From: Candidatus Marinacidobacterales bacterium
GTDB lineage: Bacteria; Acidobacteriota; Vicinamibacteria; Marinacidobacterales; DATDRI01
Length of the DNA stretch: 64,000 nucleotides
Direction: 5' to 3'
NCBI GenBank assembly: GCA_965226495.1
Contig: OZ245365.1
Location: forward strand, 1,984,001-2,048,000
The notes beneath the pieces were generated by a model. The model was not told the DNA's origin. It did not search any database and was given only the letters and a program-made list of their open reading frames with translations. The position numbers and the translations under genes are program-made. The first letter of the stretch is position 1. The number at the start of each line of letters is the position of its first letter. Shown here in pieces: positions 1-9,335 of this stretch.

Positions 1-1042
1 GCACCGTCCTCGCCAGATCGGAGACGTAATAGTTGACCTCGGCGCTGTGGTCGACCATCACCAGCTCCCCCGCCTCCATCGTTCGGTTCTCCAGATCGTA
101 GGAACCGAAAATATCGATGAAGCCGCGCATGGAATTCGGACCCGACTGGATGTCGGCGCTATACGCCGTGAACTGAGCCCCCGCGCGTTTGAATGCGAGT
201 TCGATCTCGGCCGCCACTTCGCGCTCATCGACGCCCGGAGCGACGGTCGCGATGCCCGCCATAATCCCTCGTGTAGATATTTGCGCGGCCCGTCGCAGCG
301 CGGCGATCTCCTCGTCGTCCTTCACCCGTCGCATGTCCTCCGTGATCGGCAAGATGGAGCGGACGTCGGCCTTGGGAAATCGCTTCTCGAAAGCCTCCAC
401 GATCGCGTCCTCGCGATACGAGCCGTGCTCACCGCCCGGAAGGAATGAAGGGAAAGGAGCTTGGACTCCAAACGACGCCTGCCTGGAAACGGAATCGTGA
501 CTTCTCGCGACCATATAGACCGGGTCTGCCCCAATCGCGTTGTCGAGATCCGTCTCGAATCGCTCCATGGGAATCGGCTCACCCAGACCGAGCCGCGTGA
601 GTTCCGCCGCGACTTTGTCCGTGACTCGCGGGACGTAGACGCGTGTCATCGCGCTCTTCGGCGTCAAGACGATCGCCACACCCGGCATGCTCAGGCCGGT
701 GAGATAGAAAAGGTTTTCCTCTTGCCGGAAACCCTGCACGCGGAAATAGGAATTGTGTCGGTGTTCGTCCCACGCATCGATGACGCCCTTTTCGCCGAAG
801 AGAACAACGACCCCCCCGGGAATGCTCTCCGCCAGTCGCGTGCGGCGCGCCGCAAAAGTCGAGGGAGAGAAGACATCGGCATGTGTAAGGAATTTGCCGG
901 AGGAGACTTGGTTGGTCCCTTGCTCGTCAGCGCCGACGGTGGCCGTCAGCTCTGACCCTTGCTGGCAGCCCCCGCTGAGAAAGACGGAAAGGGTGAAAAA
1001 GACGAAGGAGGAGAAAAGGAACATCAGTTTGTAGAGGTTCAT
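1..1042 (-). CDS. Xaa-Pro aminopeptidase (M24B), predicted lipoprotein; runs off the left edge of the window
   Basis: Not in the ORF track; translated by hand from ATG 1042: MNLYKLMFLFSSFVFFTLSVFLSGGC (lipobox-like)...FAARRTRL...FRQEENLFYLTG...MRRVKDDEEIAALRRAAQIS...GELVMVDHSAEVNYYVSDLARTV. AGGAG RBS upstream. Confidence 0.85.
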   Translation of the reverse strand, partial: MNLYKLMFLFSSFVFFTLSVFLSGGCQQGSELTATVGADEQGTNQVSSGKFLTHADVFSPSTFAARRTRLAESIPGGVVVLFGEKGVIDAWDEHRHNSYFRVQGFRQEENLFYLTGLSMPGVAIVLTPKSAMTRVYVPRVTDKVAAELTRLGLGEPIPMERFETDLDNAIGADPVYMVARSHDSVSRQASFGVQAPFPSFLPGGEHGSYREDAIVEAFEKRFPKADVRSILPITEDMRRVKDDEEIAALRRAAQISTRGIMAGIATVAPGVDEREVAAEIELAFKRAGAQFTAYSADIQSGPNSMRGFIDIFGSYDLENRTMEAGELVMVDHSAEVNYYVSDLARTV

Positions 1043-1077
1043 CAGAATCTCCTTTGGCTCCGAAGCCACGCCGAAGG

Positions 1078-1106
1078 AGCCTACCCCTGCCAATCGTGGG
1101 TGTCAA
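1078..1106 (-). promoter_or_regulatory. Sigma70-type promoter for the aminopeptidase
   Basis: Minus strand TTGACA (1106-1101), 17 bp, TAGGCT (1083-1078). Confidence 0.55.
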
Positions 1107-1167
1107 AATCTTCAGTCTGAGAACTGGGTGCGGGCATGGAGAACCTTTCCAGGATCGGCGAGTGCCA

Positions 1168-3543
1168 TTACAACTTGTCTTTCGGCTGATTTAGTTGGAA
1201 CGGAACGAGTAGCCCTGCAAGCAGGTAGAGCGCCGCCGCCGAAATCATTACAACCCGGAAGCCGTAGCTCATGGCGAGGAGCGTCGCGAGAGGTGGCGCC
1301 AATACGCTGGCGCAACCATTGACCGCCCACGCCCAGGGCGCCAGTCGTGCGGCTTTCGTTTTCACTTGCTCCAGGCCGCTGGGGAAGGGCATACCCATGA
1401 GGAATGCGATGGGTGCAAGCAGAATTGCCGTGATCAGGACTCGCGCCGTGTCGCTGAGCTTGAGGAGAAGCGAGAACACGGGGTTCAGAGCCAGAGCATA
1501 GATGGATGCCAGAATCGCGATCCCGACGGCTACAGTGGGAAGCGGCAACCGATGACTCACCAGGCTACCCAGGCCCGAGAAAATGAGCATTGAGGCGATC
1601 ACGATTGTCGCCGAGAGGACCGGATAAGACAAGAAGAGGGTGAATTTTTGAATGAGCGCGATCTCGAGGAAGAGATAGCCTAGCCCGAGGCATCCGAAGT
1701 AGAGGGCCACCTTCGAACGGCCGTATTCCGGTCTGCGCAGGTCCGGAACCAGGATGAATGGGGCGAGCACCAACCCGATCGAGGCAACGATCGCTTGCGC
1801 GAGCACCGCGAGTAACATGACGTAGCCCCATTCGACGAAAGGAATCCACTGCAATCCCAATTCGGAGACGAGTGAGGGCAAGGTGTCCCACCGGAAGAAG
1901 TTGAAGAAATAGGGTCGGTCGTCGACCGCGGGCTCTAACTGAAACGGGTAATCGCGGAGAAACTCGCTTCGCCGAGGAGAGAGCATTTCTCTGGCGCTAT
2001 GAGCGTAGTACGGTTCCGGCAAGACGTGATGGCGGTTCGTCTCTTCCGGTGTGAGTCCGGGGTGCCAGAAACGGTCGAAGGACCGAGCCTCGCTGAACTT
2101 GCGCACCGCTTGAACGTTGGCGGCGCTCACGGGTGCAGCCGACACTAATAAGGTTGCGGTCGCCCAGCTCCGAATCCCCACCAGGTGATCGCCAGGTGCG
2201 CTCACCCCACGTTTTTCTAACGCGGCCGCAGCGGTATGGAATATACGAGGGACGTCACGAGGGGGTGTCTTGATCCAACGGGTGAGCGCGAGCACCCCTG
2301 TCGGAGTGAGTCGGCCTATCGCTGCATCCAGAGACTCGACGGTGTAGAGGTAACTCTCGCTCGTCGCCTGGACCCCGGCGGCGGAGGATGCGAACGAGTC
2401 CAGCAGGGAGATACTGATGACGTCGAAATTCTCGGAGCCCATCTCGAGGAATCGTCTGGCTTCTGTTAGTCGCACCTCGACTGCCGGATGATCGTAAAGG
2501 CCGCCGCTGTGGTCGCGGAGAGTATCTCCCACCAGCGTGGCCACGTTTTCGTCGAGCTCGACGGCAACGACCCGACGCGCACCGTGTTGTAGCGCCGACA
2601 AGACCTCGATCCCTCCTCCCGCTCCTAGGACGAGCACGGAAGGATCTGGTCGGGCCAGACGGTACGGCAGAGCAGAGGTCATGTAGTCAAGGAAACTGAG
2701 ATCGGAATCCCTGGGTTGGGTTATCGAGCCCAACTGGTCGCCATCGGAGAAGAGTCCGACCTGCGGGGGGATGTCGCCGATGAACGCGAGCGAGAGGCCG
2801 GGCGCGTAACGAACGGTCGGTCCGGCGACGGCGTCGACCACGGCGAGCGGGCTTATCGCGTGAGCCTTTCTCCGGGAGCCAGTGGCTTGAAGTGCTGTGG
2901 CCAGACCCTTGTAGGGGGAGAACTTCTGGGGGATGAGCGAGGCGGCCACCGGTGCAATCAGGGCGGCGACGAGGGCGAGTAGGGCAACGCGTTTACGGGC
3001 TGCGGCGAGTGCGGCCGCGAGCGCCGCAGCGATGGCAACTGGTCCAACTGCCTGGAGCGGTTCCAGCCAATATAGAAGCAGTGTGATCGATAAAGCACCA
3101 AGTCCAGCTCCCACCAGGTCAGAGAAATAGATGATGCGCACGCGTCGCCAGCCGATTAACGCCAAGGCGAGCGCCGCTCCTCCCAGACCGAAAGGGACAC
3201 CCAGAAAGAAGTAGAAGGCCAGCAACCACAACGCTTCCTTCGGCGTCCACACGATCATGAACGGTTCGAAAGAGACTTGGAGCGCTGCGGCCAGTCCACC
3301 GAGCTCCGCCACCGCTGTTCCGAGAGCCAAGGGTGCGAAGAGGCGATCGGCTGCACCGGGACGTGGTTGGACGATGGACAGGACGGTCCCACTCGCGCCG
3401 AGACCGAGCATGGCGACGCTGAGGATCAAGTAGGCAAAGTGATACCAGAGAGAGATGGAGAAGACGCGAAGGAGGGTCACTTCAAATGCAAGAAGCGACG
3501 CGGACAGCAGTGCTACCGACAGCAGCTGAAAACGGGCGCGCAA
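1168..3543 (-). CDS. Polytopic membrane protein with a central class I SAM-binding (spermidine synthase-like) domain
   Basis: 791 aa. N- and C-terminal TM bundles flank VLVLGAGGGIEV, VVAVELD, EARRFL, FDVISISLLD, PAVDDRPYFF. Confidence 0.85.
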   Translation of the reverse strand: MRARFQLLSVALLSASLLAFEVTLLRVFSISLWYHFAYLILSVAMLGLGASGTVLSIVQPRPGAADRLFAPLALGTAVAELGGLAAALQVSFEPFMIVWTPKEALWLLAFYFFLGVPFGLGGAALALALIGWRRVRIIYFSDLVGAGLGALSITLLLYWLEPLQAVGPVAIAAALAAALAAARKRVALLALVAALIAPVAASLIPQKFSPYKGLATALQATGSRRKAHAISPLAVVDAVAGPTVRYAPGLSLAFIGDIPPQVGLFSDGDQLGSITQPRDSDLSFLDYMTSALPYRLARPDPSVLVLGAGGGIEVLSALQHGARRVVAVELDENVATLVGDTLRDHSGGLYDHPAVEVRLTEARRFLEMGSENFDVISISLLDSFASSAAGVQATSESYLYTVESLDAAIGRLTPTGVLALTRWIKTPPRDVPRIFHTAAAALEKRGVSAPGDHLVGIRSWATATLLVSAAPVSAANVQAVRKFSEARSFDRFWHPGLTPEETNRHHVLPEPYYAHSAREMLSPRRSEFLRDYPFQLEPAVDDRPYFFNFFRWDTLPSLVSELGLQWIPFVEWGYVMLLAVLAQAIVASIGLVLAPFILVPDLRRPEYGRSKVALYFGCLGLGYLFLEIALIQKFTLFLSYPVLSATIVIASMLIFSGLGSLVSHRLPLPTVAVGIAILASIYALALNPVFSLLLKLSDTARVLITAILLAPIAFLMGMPFPSGLEQVKTKAARLAPWAWAVNGCASVLAPPLATLLAMSYGFRVVMISAAALYLLAGLLVPFQLNQPKDKL

Positions 3544-3548
3544 GGTCG

Positions 3549-4289
3549 CTACTGCTTCCCCTGCTCCCCTACTAGGGGGACGAAGCGAACCGGGAGAAGA
3601 CTTCGGGAAGTTACTTTTCCTTCTTTCGTTTTTTCCAGCAACATCAGGGTCTGAACTTGGAAACGATTTCCCACCGGTATCACCATCACGCCGCCTGGCT
3701 TGAGCTGGCGAATCAGCGGAGGGGGAATGTGCTCGGCCGCGGCGGTCACGACAATCGCGTCGAATGGCGCGTGCTCCTCCCAGCCGTAATACCCATCGGC
3801 GATCCGTGATTCGACGTTGGTATACCCCAGGTGTTTGAATCGCTCGCTCGCCTGTTCTCCGAGTTGCTGCAGGATCTCCACCGTATAGACCGTCTCGACG
3901 AGCTGCGCGAGCACCGCCGCCTGATATCCAGAACCGGTACCGACTTCTAGGACGACGTCGTCCGGATGGGTCGCAGCCAGTTGGGTCATGAGTGCGACGA
4001 TGTAGGGTTGCGAGATGGTTTGACCCGAGCCGATAGGCAGCGGATGGTCGTTGTAGGACTGATCCAGATATTGGTTAGGTACGAACAAGTGGCGCGGAAC
4101 TTCCCTCATCGCGCGCAGCACCTGCGGGTCGTCGATGCCCCGCGCCTCGATCTGCCGGGAGACCATGCGGTTCCGCTCCGGCTGGAAGCGAGCCGCTTCG
4201 GACTGCTGAACCGGCCCGGCCAGAGCGCCAGGAACGAGGAATAGAAGTATCGTCCCCACCACTTCGACAGGAGCGTGGAGGTTGCGCAT
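3549..4289 (-). CDS. pcm: Protein-L-isoaspartate O-methyltransferase with N-terminal signal-like peptide
   Basis: VPRHLFVP, QTISQPYIVA, VLEVGTGSGYQAA, PFDAIVVTAA, VRFVPL. Start placed at ATG 4289. Confidence 0.93.
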   Translation of the reverse strand: MRNLHAPVEVVGTILLFLVPGALAGPVQQSEAARFQPERNRMVSRQIEARGIDDPQVLRAMREVPRHLFVPNQYLDQSYNDHPLPIGSGQTISQPYIVALMTQLAATHPDDVVLEVGTGSGYQAAVLAQLVETVYTVEILQQLGEQASERFKHLGYTNVESRIADGYYGWEEHAPFDAIVVTAAAEHIPPPLIRQLKPGGVMVIPVGNRFQVQTLMLLEKTKEGKVTSRSLLPVRFVPLVGEQGKQ

Positions 4290-4300
4290 GATCGGCCGGT

Positions 4301-4309
4301 TGCTATAAT
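4301..4309 (+). promoter_or_regulatory. Extended -10 promoter upstream of the cysK-like gene
   Basis: TGcTATAAT about 50 bp before the start. Confidence 0.5.
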
Positions 4310-4359
4310 AGCGCGCCTCTCCTGCTTTTCGGCAAAGCCTTCCCCATGAGGAGGTCCAA

Positions 4360-5406
4360 TTGAGCGAGGTCAACTGGGATCACAACCGTCAGGCGCAAGA
4401 CAACATCCTGGATTCCATCGGAAGGACTCCCGCCGTTCGGTTGCAGCGGGTGTCCGCAGACATCGCTGACATCTACGTCAAGCTCGAGTACTTCAGTCCA
4501 TCCGGGAGTCTGAAGGATCGAATCTATAAGGCGATGATCACCGAAGCGGAGAAACGAGGCGAACTACGCCCGGGGATGACGATCTTGGAATGCTCCACCG
4601 GCAACGCGGGAATCGCTTGCGCGTTCATCTCGTCGGTGAAGGGGTACCGTTGCGTCATCGTGATGCCGGAAGGCATGAGTGAAGAACGGAAAAAAATGGA
4701 TCGCGCCTACGGTGCGGAGCTCGTATTCACGCCCGGGGGCGAGAGTGACGTGGATTTGGCACTCGCCAAGCTGGAGGAGATTCGCCAGCAGGATCCCGCC
4801 CAGTATTGGGTGCCGGCGCAGTTCGATAACCCGGACAATGTGGAGGCGCACTATCACTCGACCGGACCCGAGTTCTGGGAGCAGTTGGACGGGCGGGTGG
4901 ACGCCTATGTGGCTACACAGGGTACCGGCGGGGCACTGACCGGTATCGGCCGATATTTCAGAGAACGGAATCCGGGAGTAGAGCTCTTCGCCGTCGAGCC
5001 GGCGGAATGCCCGTTGCTTTCTCGGCGGGAATGGGGCTCTCACCGCATCGAAGGAATCGGGGATGGTTTTGTTCCTCGTGTCCTCGACCTCTCTCAGTTG
5101 ACGGGTATCGTGACGACGACGAGCGATGAAGCTTTGGTGATGGCCCGACGCCTCGCGAAGGAGGAAGGTATTTTTTGTGGGATCTCTTCGGGTTCCAACG
5201 TTGCGGCCGCTTTGAAGCTCGCGCAAGCCCGCCCGGCTCTCAAACGTATTGCGACCATGATCAACGACAGCGGCCAACGTTACTTCACGACCGAGCTCTG
5301 CGGCGAGGTCAAGCATGTCGATATCCCCGAGCGAGACCATCCGATGGATCCGCATACGGTCAGTGAGCTCGACCGTTACCAGAAAAACTGGGTTGTCATT
5401 GACTAG
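4360..5406 (+). CDS. PLP-dependent cysteine synthase family enzyme (fold type II)
   Basis: KLEYFSPSGSLKDR (PLP lysine), STGNAG, GTGG, IEGIG, GISSGSN, DSGQRY. Confidence 0.88.
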   Translation: MSEVNWDHNRQAQDNILDSIGRTPAVRLQRVSADIADIYVKLEYFSPSGSLKDRIYKAMITEAEKRGELRPGMTILECSTGNAGIACAFISSVKGYRCVIVMPEGMSEERKKMDRAYGAELVFTPGGESDVDLALAKLEEIRQQDPAQYWVPAQFDNPDNVEAHYHSTGPEFWEQLDGRVDAYVATQGTGGALTGIGRYFRERNPGVELFAVEPAECPLLSRREWGSHRIEGIGDGFVPRVLDLSQLTGIVTTTSDEALVMARRLAKEEGIFCGISSGSNVAAALKLAQARPALKRIATMINDSGQRYFTTELCGEVKHVDIPERDHPMDPHTVSELDRYQKNWVVID

Positions 5407-5458
5407 TGCCGAACACTTCATCCGCTGAGCGCACTCCCCGGACAAGGTTCGAGGCAGT

Positions 5459-6742
5459 ATGGTCGAACTAGGACGTCGCTGTTCCCCTTGCGAGAAGGAG
5501 TTTCCTGCCGATGCGTCGGAGTGGACGTGCTCCGGGTGCGGGGGGAACCTCGATGTGCTCTATGACTATGCCACGATACGGAACACGTGGAGTCGTGAGG
5601 AACTAGGCGGCGATCCCGAGAGGAGCATGTGGCGCTATCGTGCCATCCTCCCGGTCGAAGAGGGTTCCTTCGTGCCGCCGCTCCCGACCGGCTGGACGCC
5701 CCTGACTCCGGCGGCGCGTTTGGGGTCGGATCTTGGTTTCGGCTCGCTTTACCTCAAGGAAGACAACCGTAATCCCACCGGCTCGCTCAAAGATCGCGCC
5801 AGCGCTATGGCGGTGGCGCGCGCGGTCTCGGAGGGACATCGCATTCTGGCTTGCGCCTCTACCGGGAATGCCGCATCGGCATTGGCTGGGATGTGCGCGA
5901 GCGCTGGGTTGACCAGCGTGATCTTCGTTCCCGAATCCACGCCCTCTGGAAAGTTGGCTCAGATAATTGCGTTCGGCGCCTACTTGATCCGAGTGGAAGG
6001 CATCTACGATGTGGCGTTCGATCTGGCAGCCGATGCCTGCACGCGTTTCGGTTGGTACAACCGCAACACCGGAACCAACCCCTATTTGAGTGAGGGGAAG
6101 AAGACCGTGTCCTTCGAGATCGCCGAGCAACTCGACTGGAAACCGCCGGACTGGGTGTTCGTACCGGTCGGTGATGGAAATATTATCGCCAGCGTCGGCA
6201 AGGGCTTCGAAGAGTTGCTACACATCGGTTTCATCGAGAAGCTGCCTCGACTCGTCGCTGTCCAGTCAGAAGGCTCGAGCGCGATTGCCGACGCGCTCTT
6301 GGGGGATGGCGTCATCCGCCCGGTGCAGGTCCGCACCATCGCCGACGGCATCGCGGTCGGACTACCACGGGATCCCCAGCGCGCGATGCGCGCTATCCGT
6401 CACTCCAACGGAGTCGCTCTAAAGGTCACCGACGGTGAGATTCTGGAAGCGCAGTCGATCTTGGCGAGAGAGACGGGGGTCTTCGTCGAGCCGGCGGCAG
6501 CCGCTTCTTTTGCTGGCCTAGTCCGCATGGCGGGGCAGGGGCAAGTGGATCGTGACGACACGGTTGTTCTGCTGCTAACGGGGACGGGCCTCAAGGATAC
6601 CGCCTCGATTCTCGACCGGGTCCCTCTCGCCGAGCCGATTCCCGCTCGGCTCGACGAGGTGGAACGAAGGCTGGCCGAGGACCCGTTGGACACCCACGGC
6701 AACCTATCCCCAAGCCCATCAAGGTCCGGCGACGGATCGTGA
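5459..6742 (+). CDS. thrC: Threonine synthase-like PLP enzyme with N-terminal Zn ribbon
   Basis: CSPC...CSGC, NPTGSLKDRA, ASTGNAA, EGKKT, PVGDGN, VEPAAA, LTGTGLKD. Confidence 0.85.
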   Translation: MVELGRRCSPCEKEFPADASEWTCSGCGGNLDVLYDYATIRNTWSREELGGDPERSMWRYRAILPVEEGSFVPPLPTGWTPLTPAARLGSDLGFGSLYLKEDNRNPTGSLKDRASAMAVARAVSEGHRILACASTGNAASALAGMCASAGLTSVIFVPESTPSGKLAQIIAFGAYLIRVEGIYDVAFDLAADACTRFGWYNRNTGTNPYLSEGKKTVSFEIAEQLDWKPPDWVFVPVGDGNIIASVGKGFEELLHIGFIEKLPRLVAVQSEGSSAIADALLGDGVIRPVQVRTIADGIAVGLPRDPQRAMRAIRHSNGVALKVTDGEILEAQSILARETGVFVEPAAAASFAGLVRMAGQGQVDRDDTVVLLLTGTGLKDTASILDRVPLAEPIPARLDEVERRLAEDPLDTHGNLSPSPSRSGDGS

Positions 6743-7521
6743 CAACCATCGAGTCTCGATTCGGTTTGGCAGACGCGTTCGAGGTGCGTTCCGGGGACGT
6801 GGTGAGCCTGGTCGGAGCGGGAGGCAAGACTACAACTCTTTACGGCTTGGTGACGGAGCTGCGCCGGATGGGACTCTCCGTCATAGCCACCACCACGACC
6901 CATACGCAGACACCGGACTCGCCCACCACGGCTCCTCCTATGGTGTTTGCCAGCGAAGAGGACAACTGGTTGCAAAGCGTGAGAACCAGGCTGGACCGCT
7001 ACGGCGCGGTGACGGTAGTCGGGTCGCGGAACCGGCAGGACAAACTCAAGGGGCTAGAACCGGAGGACATCGATCCCCTTCGCGGCATGGCCGACTGTGT
7101 CGTTGTCGAGGCCGATGGTGCGCGCGGCCGTTCCCTCAAGGCTCCTGCTCCACACGAGCCCGCGGTGCCGGAGTGCACGACCTCTACAATTATCATCGCG
7201 GGGATCGATGTTCTCGGACGGCGGCTCGATGAAGATAGCGTTCATCGCCTCGAGATCGTGCAGGAACTGTCCGGCGCGTCGAAGGGAAGCCGTATCGTGG
7301 AGGAAGTCATCGCCCTGGCGCTGGTGCGCGGCTACTTTCCGGCCGTTCCAAAAACGTCGAAAAAGATCGTTTTCTTGAACAAGGTGGACGACGCACGCCT
7401 GAAACAGGCCGAGAGGGTAGGAGAGTTACTCCTTTCGGCAGGGGCACCGGGGGTGATCTTCGGAGAGGCGCTCCAGCCGAACGGTTGCTTCTACAACATG
7501 AAGCCCCAGCCGGCCCGATAG
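6739..7521 (+). CDS. yqeC: Selenium-dependent hydroxylase accessory protein YqeC
   Basis: SLVGAGGKTT, TTTTH, VVVEADGARGRSLKAPAPHEPAVP, LNKVD; adjacent to mocA and xdhC. Confidence 0.9.
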   Translation: MTTIESRFGLADAFEVRSGDVVSLVGAGGKTTTLYGLVTELRRMGLSVIATTTTHTQTPDSPTTAPPMVFASEEDNWLQSVRTRLDRYGAVTVVGSRNRQDKLKGLEPEDIDPLRGMADCVVVEADGARGRSLKAPAPHEPAVPECTTSTIIIAGIDVLGRRLDEDSVHRLEIVQELSGASKGSRIVEEVIALALVRGYFPAVPKTSKKIVFLNKVDDARLKQAERVGELLLSAGAPGVIFGEALQPNGCFYNMKPQPAR

Positions 7522-7526
7522 GGCCG

Positions 7527-7583
7527 CGGCCGGGAGGAATTGCCTATGAGGTACGGCGCAAGGGAATCCGGCCGGGTTTTTTT
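7527..7583 (+). terminator. Hairpin plus T7 tract between yqeC and mocA (possible terminator or attenuator)
   Basis: CGGCCGGGA...TCCGGCCG followed by GGTTTTTTT. Confidence 0.4.
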
Positions 7584-7643
7584 GGGCCCGAGCGAAGAGC
7601 GAGGGCCGCGAGCGAGGCGCCGAGCCGAGCGAGCATTGAGTTA

Positions 7644-8234
7644 ATGATTGCTGCCATCCTCCTCGCCGCGGGTGCTTCGTCCCGAATGGGCCGCGCCAAG
7701 CTCGAGCTGGATCTGGGCGGGCGCACGGTGTTCGAGCGCTCCCTGTCGGCCCTGTTGGACTCGCCGGTGGACCGAATTCTGGTCGTTCAGGCGGCCGCTG
7801 GTGGGCTCGGCGTCCCCGCCACGGATCGCGTACAGGCGGTCACGAACCCACATGCGGAGGACGGGCTGGCTAGTTCGATCCGAGCCGGCATGGCTGCGGT
7901 CCCGGGTGATACTCGCGCGGTTCTCCTTGCCCTCGCCGACAAGCCCCTCCTTCAGTCGGAGACGGTCACGATGCTGATCGACCGATTCCATCAAGAGGGA
8001 CTGCCGATCGTCTACCCCACCTACCAGCGGACACAGGGGCATCCGGTACTCGTAGCTAGCGAATTGTTCTCGGAGCTAGTGCGGGTGGAAGGCGATTCGG
8101 GAGCTAAGCCTTTGCTTCGCAAGTTCGCCGAACGAACCGTCGAGGTCGAAACGAATGACGAGGGGATCTTGTTGGACATCGACACTCCTGAAGATTATGC
8201 TAAATGTGTGAAGAGGTTACAACCGCCTGGCTAA
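7644..8234 (+). CDS. mocA: Molybdenum cofactor cytidylyltransferase (MocA-like nucleotidyltransferase)
   Basis: MIAAILLAAGASSRMGRAK, GLASSIRAG, LADKP, GHPV, GDSGAK, DIDTPEDY. Confidence 0.88.
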   Translation: MIAAILLAAGASSRMGRAKLELDLGGRTVFERSLSALLDSPVDRILVVQAAAGGLGVPATDRVQAVTNPHAEDGLASSIRAGMAAVPGDTRAVLLALADKPLLQSETVTMLIDRFHQEGLPIVYPTYQRTQGHPVLVASELFSELVRVEGDSGAKPLLRKFAERTVEVETNDEGILLDIDTPEDYAKCVKRLQPPG

Positions 8235-8374
8235 GTCGGTGTTCCAAACAGTCGAGTCTGTCACAGGCCTCTTAGAGCATGCTAGGCGTCCAGTGGGTGT
8301 TGGTGCCGCTATCGACCGCGGCAGGACGCCGATGTTGCGCCGCGCGCGTAAGGCACACACAGGAAGAGTCACCG

Positions 8375-9211
8375 TTGGCAGATCGCGTTGAAAAATCGGT
8401 TTACCAGGAAGTGGAGGACTCCCTCCATCGCGGAGAATCAGTGGCCTTAGTGACCATCTTGAAGACCCAGGGGTCCACGCCGCGAAAGGCAGGCGCCAAG
8501 ATGGTGGTAGGGCGCGACGGACGTCTGCGGGGAACGGTGGGTGGTGGCTGCGTCGAAGCGGAGATCCTCTGGCGCGCCCGCCAAGCCATCGACAACCGCA
8601 AATGCGAGATGCATTCGTTCGACTACAACGCCGATGAAGAAGAAAACGGACTGATTTGTGGAGGGAGCGTGACGGTCTTCATCGAGCCGGTAATTCCCGC
8701 GCCGCGGGTGTTTATGATCGGCGCCGGGCATATCGCCATGCCCCTTAGCCAAATCGCAAAGCTAGCTGGATTCGAAGTCATCGTCCTGGACGATCGGGTC
8801 AAGTACGCAAATCAAGAGCGATTCCCAGACGCCGACGTGGTGGAGGCGGGGCCGATTCCGGAGCTCGCCGACAAGTTCACCTACGGAGACAACGCGTATG
8901 TCGTGATCGTCACCCGCGGGCATACTTCCGACGAGGAGGCCTTGAGAACATTCATCCAGTACGACACTGCCTACCTTGGTTTGATAGGTAGCGTTACTAA
9001 GATCGACAAAATATTCAGTCGCCTGGAGCGCGATGGCGTCCCTCGCGAGAAGTTGGAACGCGTTCACTCTCCGATGGGCCTCGATTTGGGTGGAAGTAAC
9101 CCTGGCGAAATAGCGGTGTCCATCGTCGCCGAGATGGTGGCAGTCCGGTATCAGCGTTCGGGCAAGCCGATGAAGTATACCGAGCGCCAGGAGTACTATG
9201 GCAAAGTCTGA
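8375..9211 (+). CDS. xdhC: XdhC/CoxI family xanthine dehydrogenase maturation protein
   Basis: GSTPRKAGAKM, GTVGGGCVE, ICGG, GAGHIA, VTRGH, YLGLIGS, PMGLDLG. TTG start inferred. Confidence 0.9.
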   Translation: MADRVEKSVYQEVEDSLHRGESVALVTILKTQGSTPRKAGAKMVVGRDGRLRGTVGGGCVEAEILWRARQAIDNRKCEMHSFDYNADEEENGLICGGSVTVFIEPVIPAPRVFMIGAGHIAMPLSQIAKLAGFEVIVLDDRVKYANQERFPDADVVEAGPIPELADKFTYGDNAYVVIVTRGHTSDEEALRTFIQYDTAYLGLIGSVTKIDKIFSRLERDGVPREKLERVHSPMGLDLGGSNPGEIAVSIVAEMVAVRYQRSGKPMKYTERQEYYGKV

Positions 9212-9335
9212 GTCAATCATCGCCAAGGCCAAGCGTCCGGAAACATCCATACCCCTAATCACTTAATCCTCTATCTGCATTCTTTCACCGCCGCCCGAAG
9301 CAGGGGAGGCGTGATTCAGAACCCGTTTTGATCTC

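Noticed and set aside
47-1034. Plus-strand ORFs at the window start
   Set aside because: Antisense to the clear minus-strand aminopeptidase P that runs off the edge.
1168-3543. Calling this gene spermidine synthase (speE)
   Set aside because: It lacks the GGGDG dcSAM-specific motif and is a large polytopic membrane protein, so its function is left unassigned.
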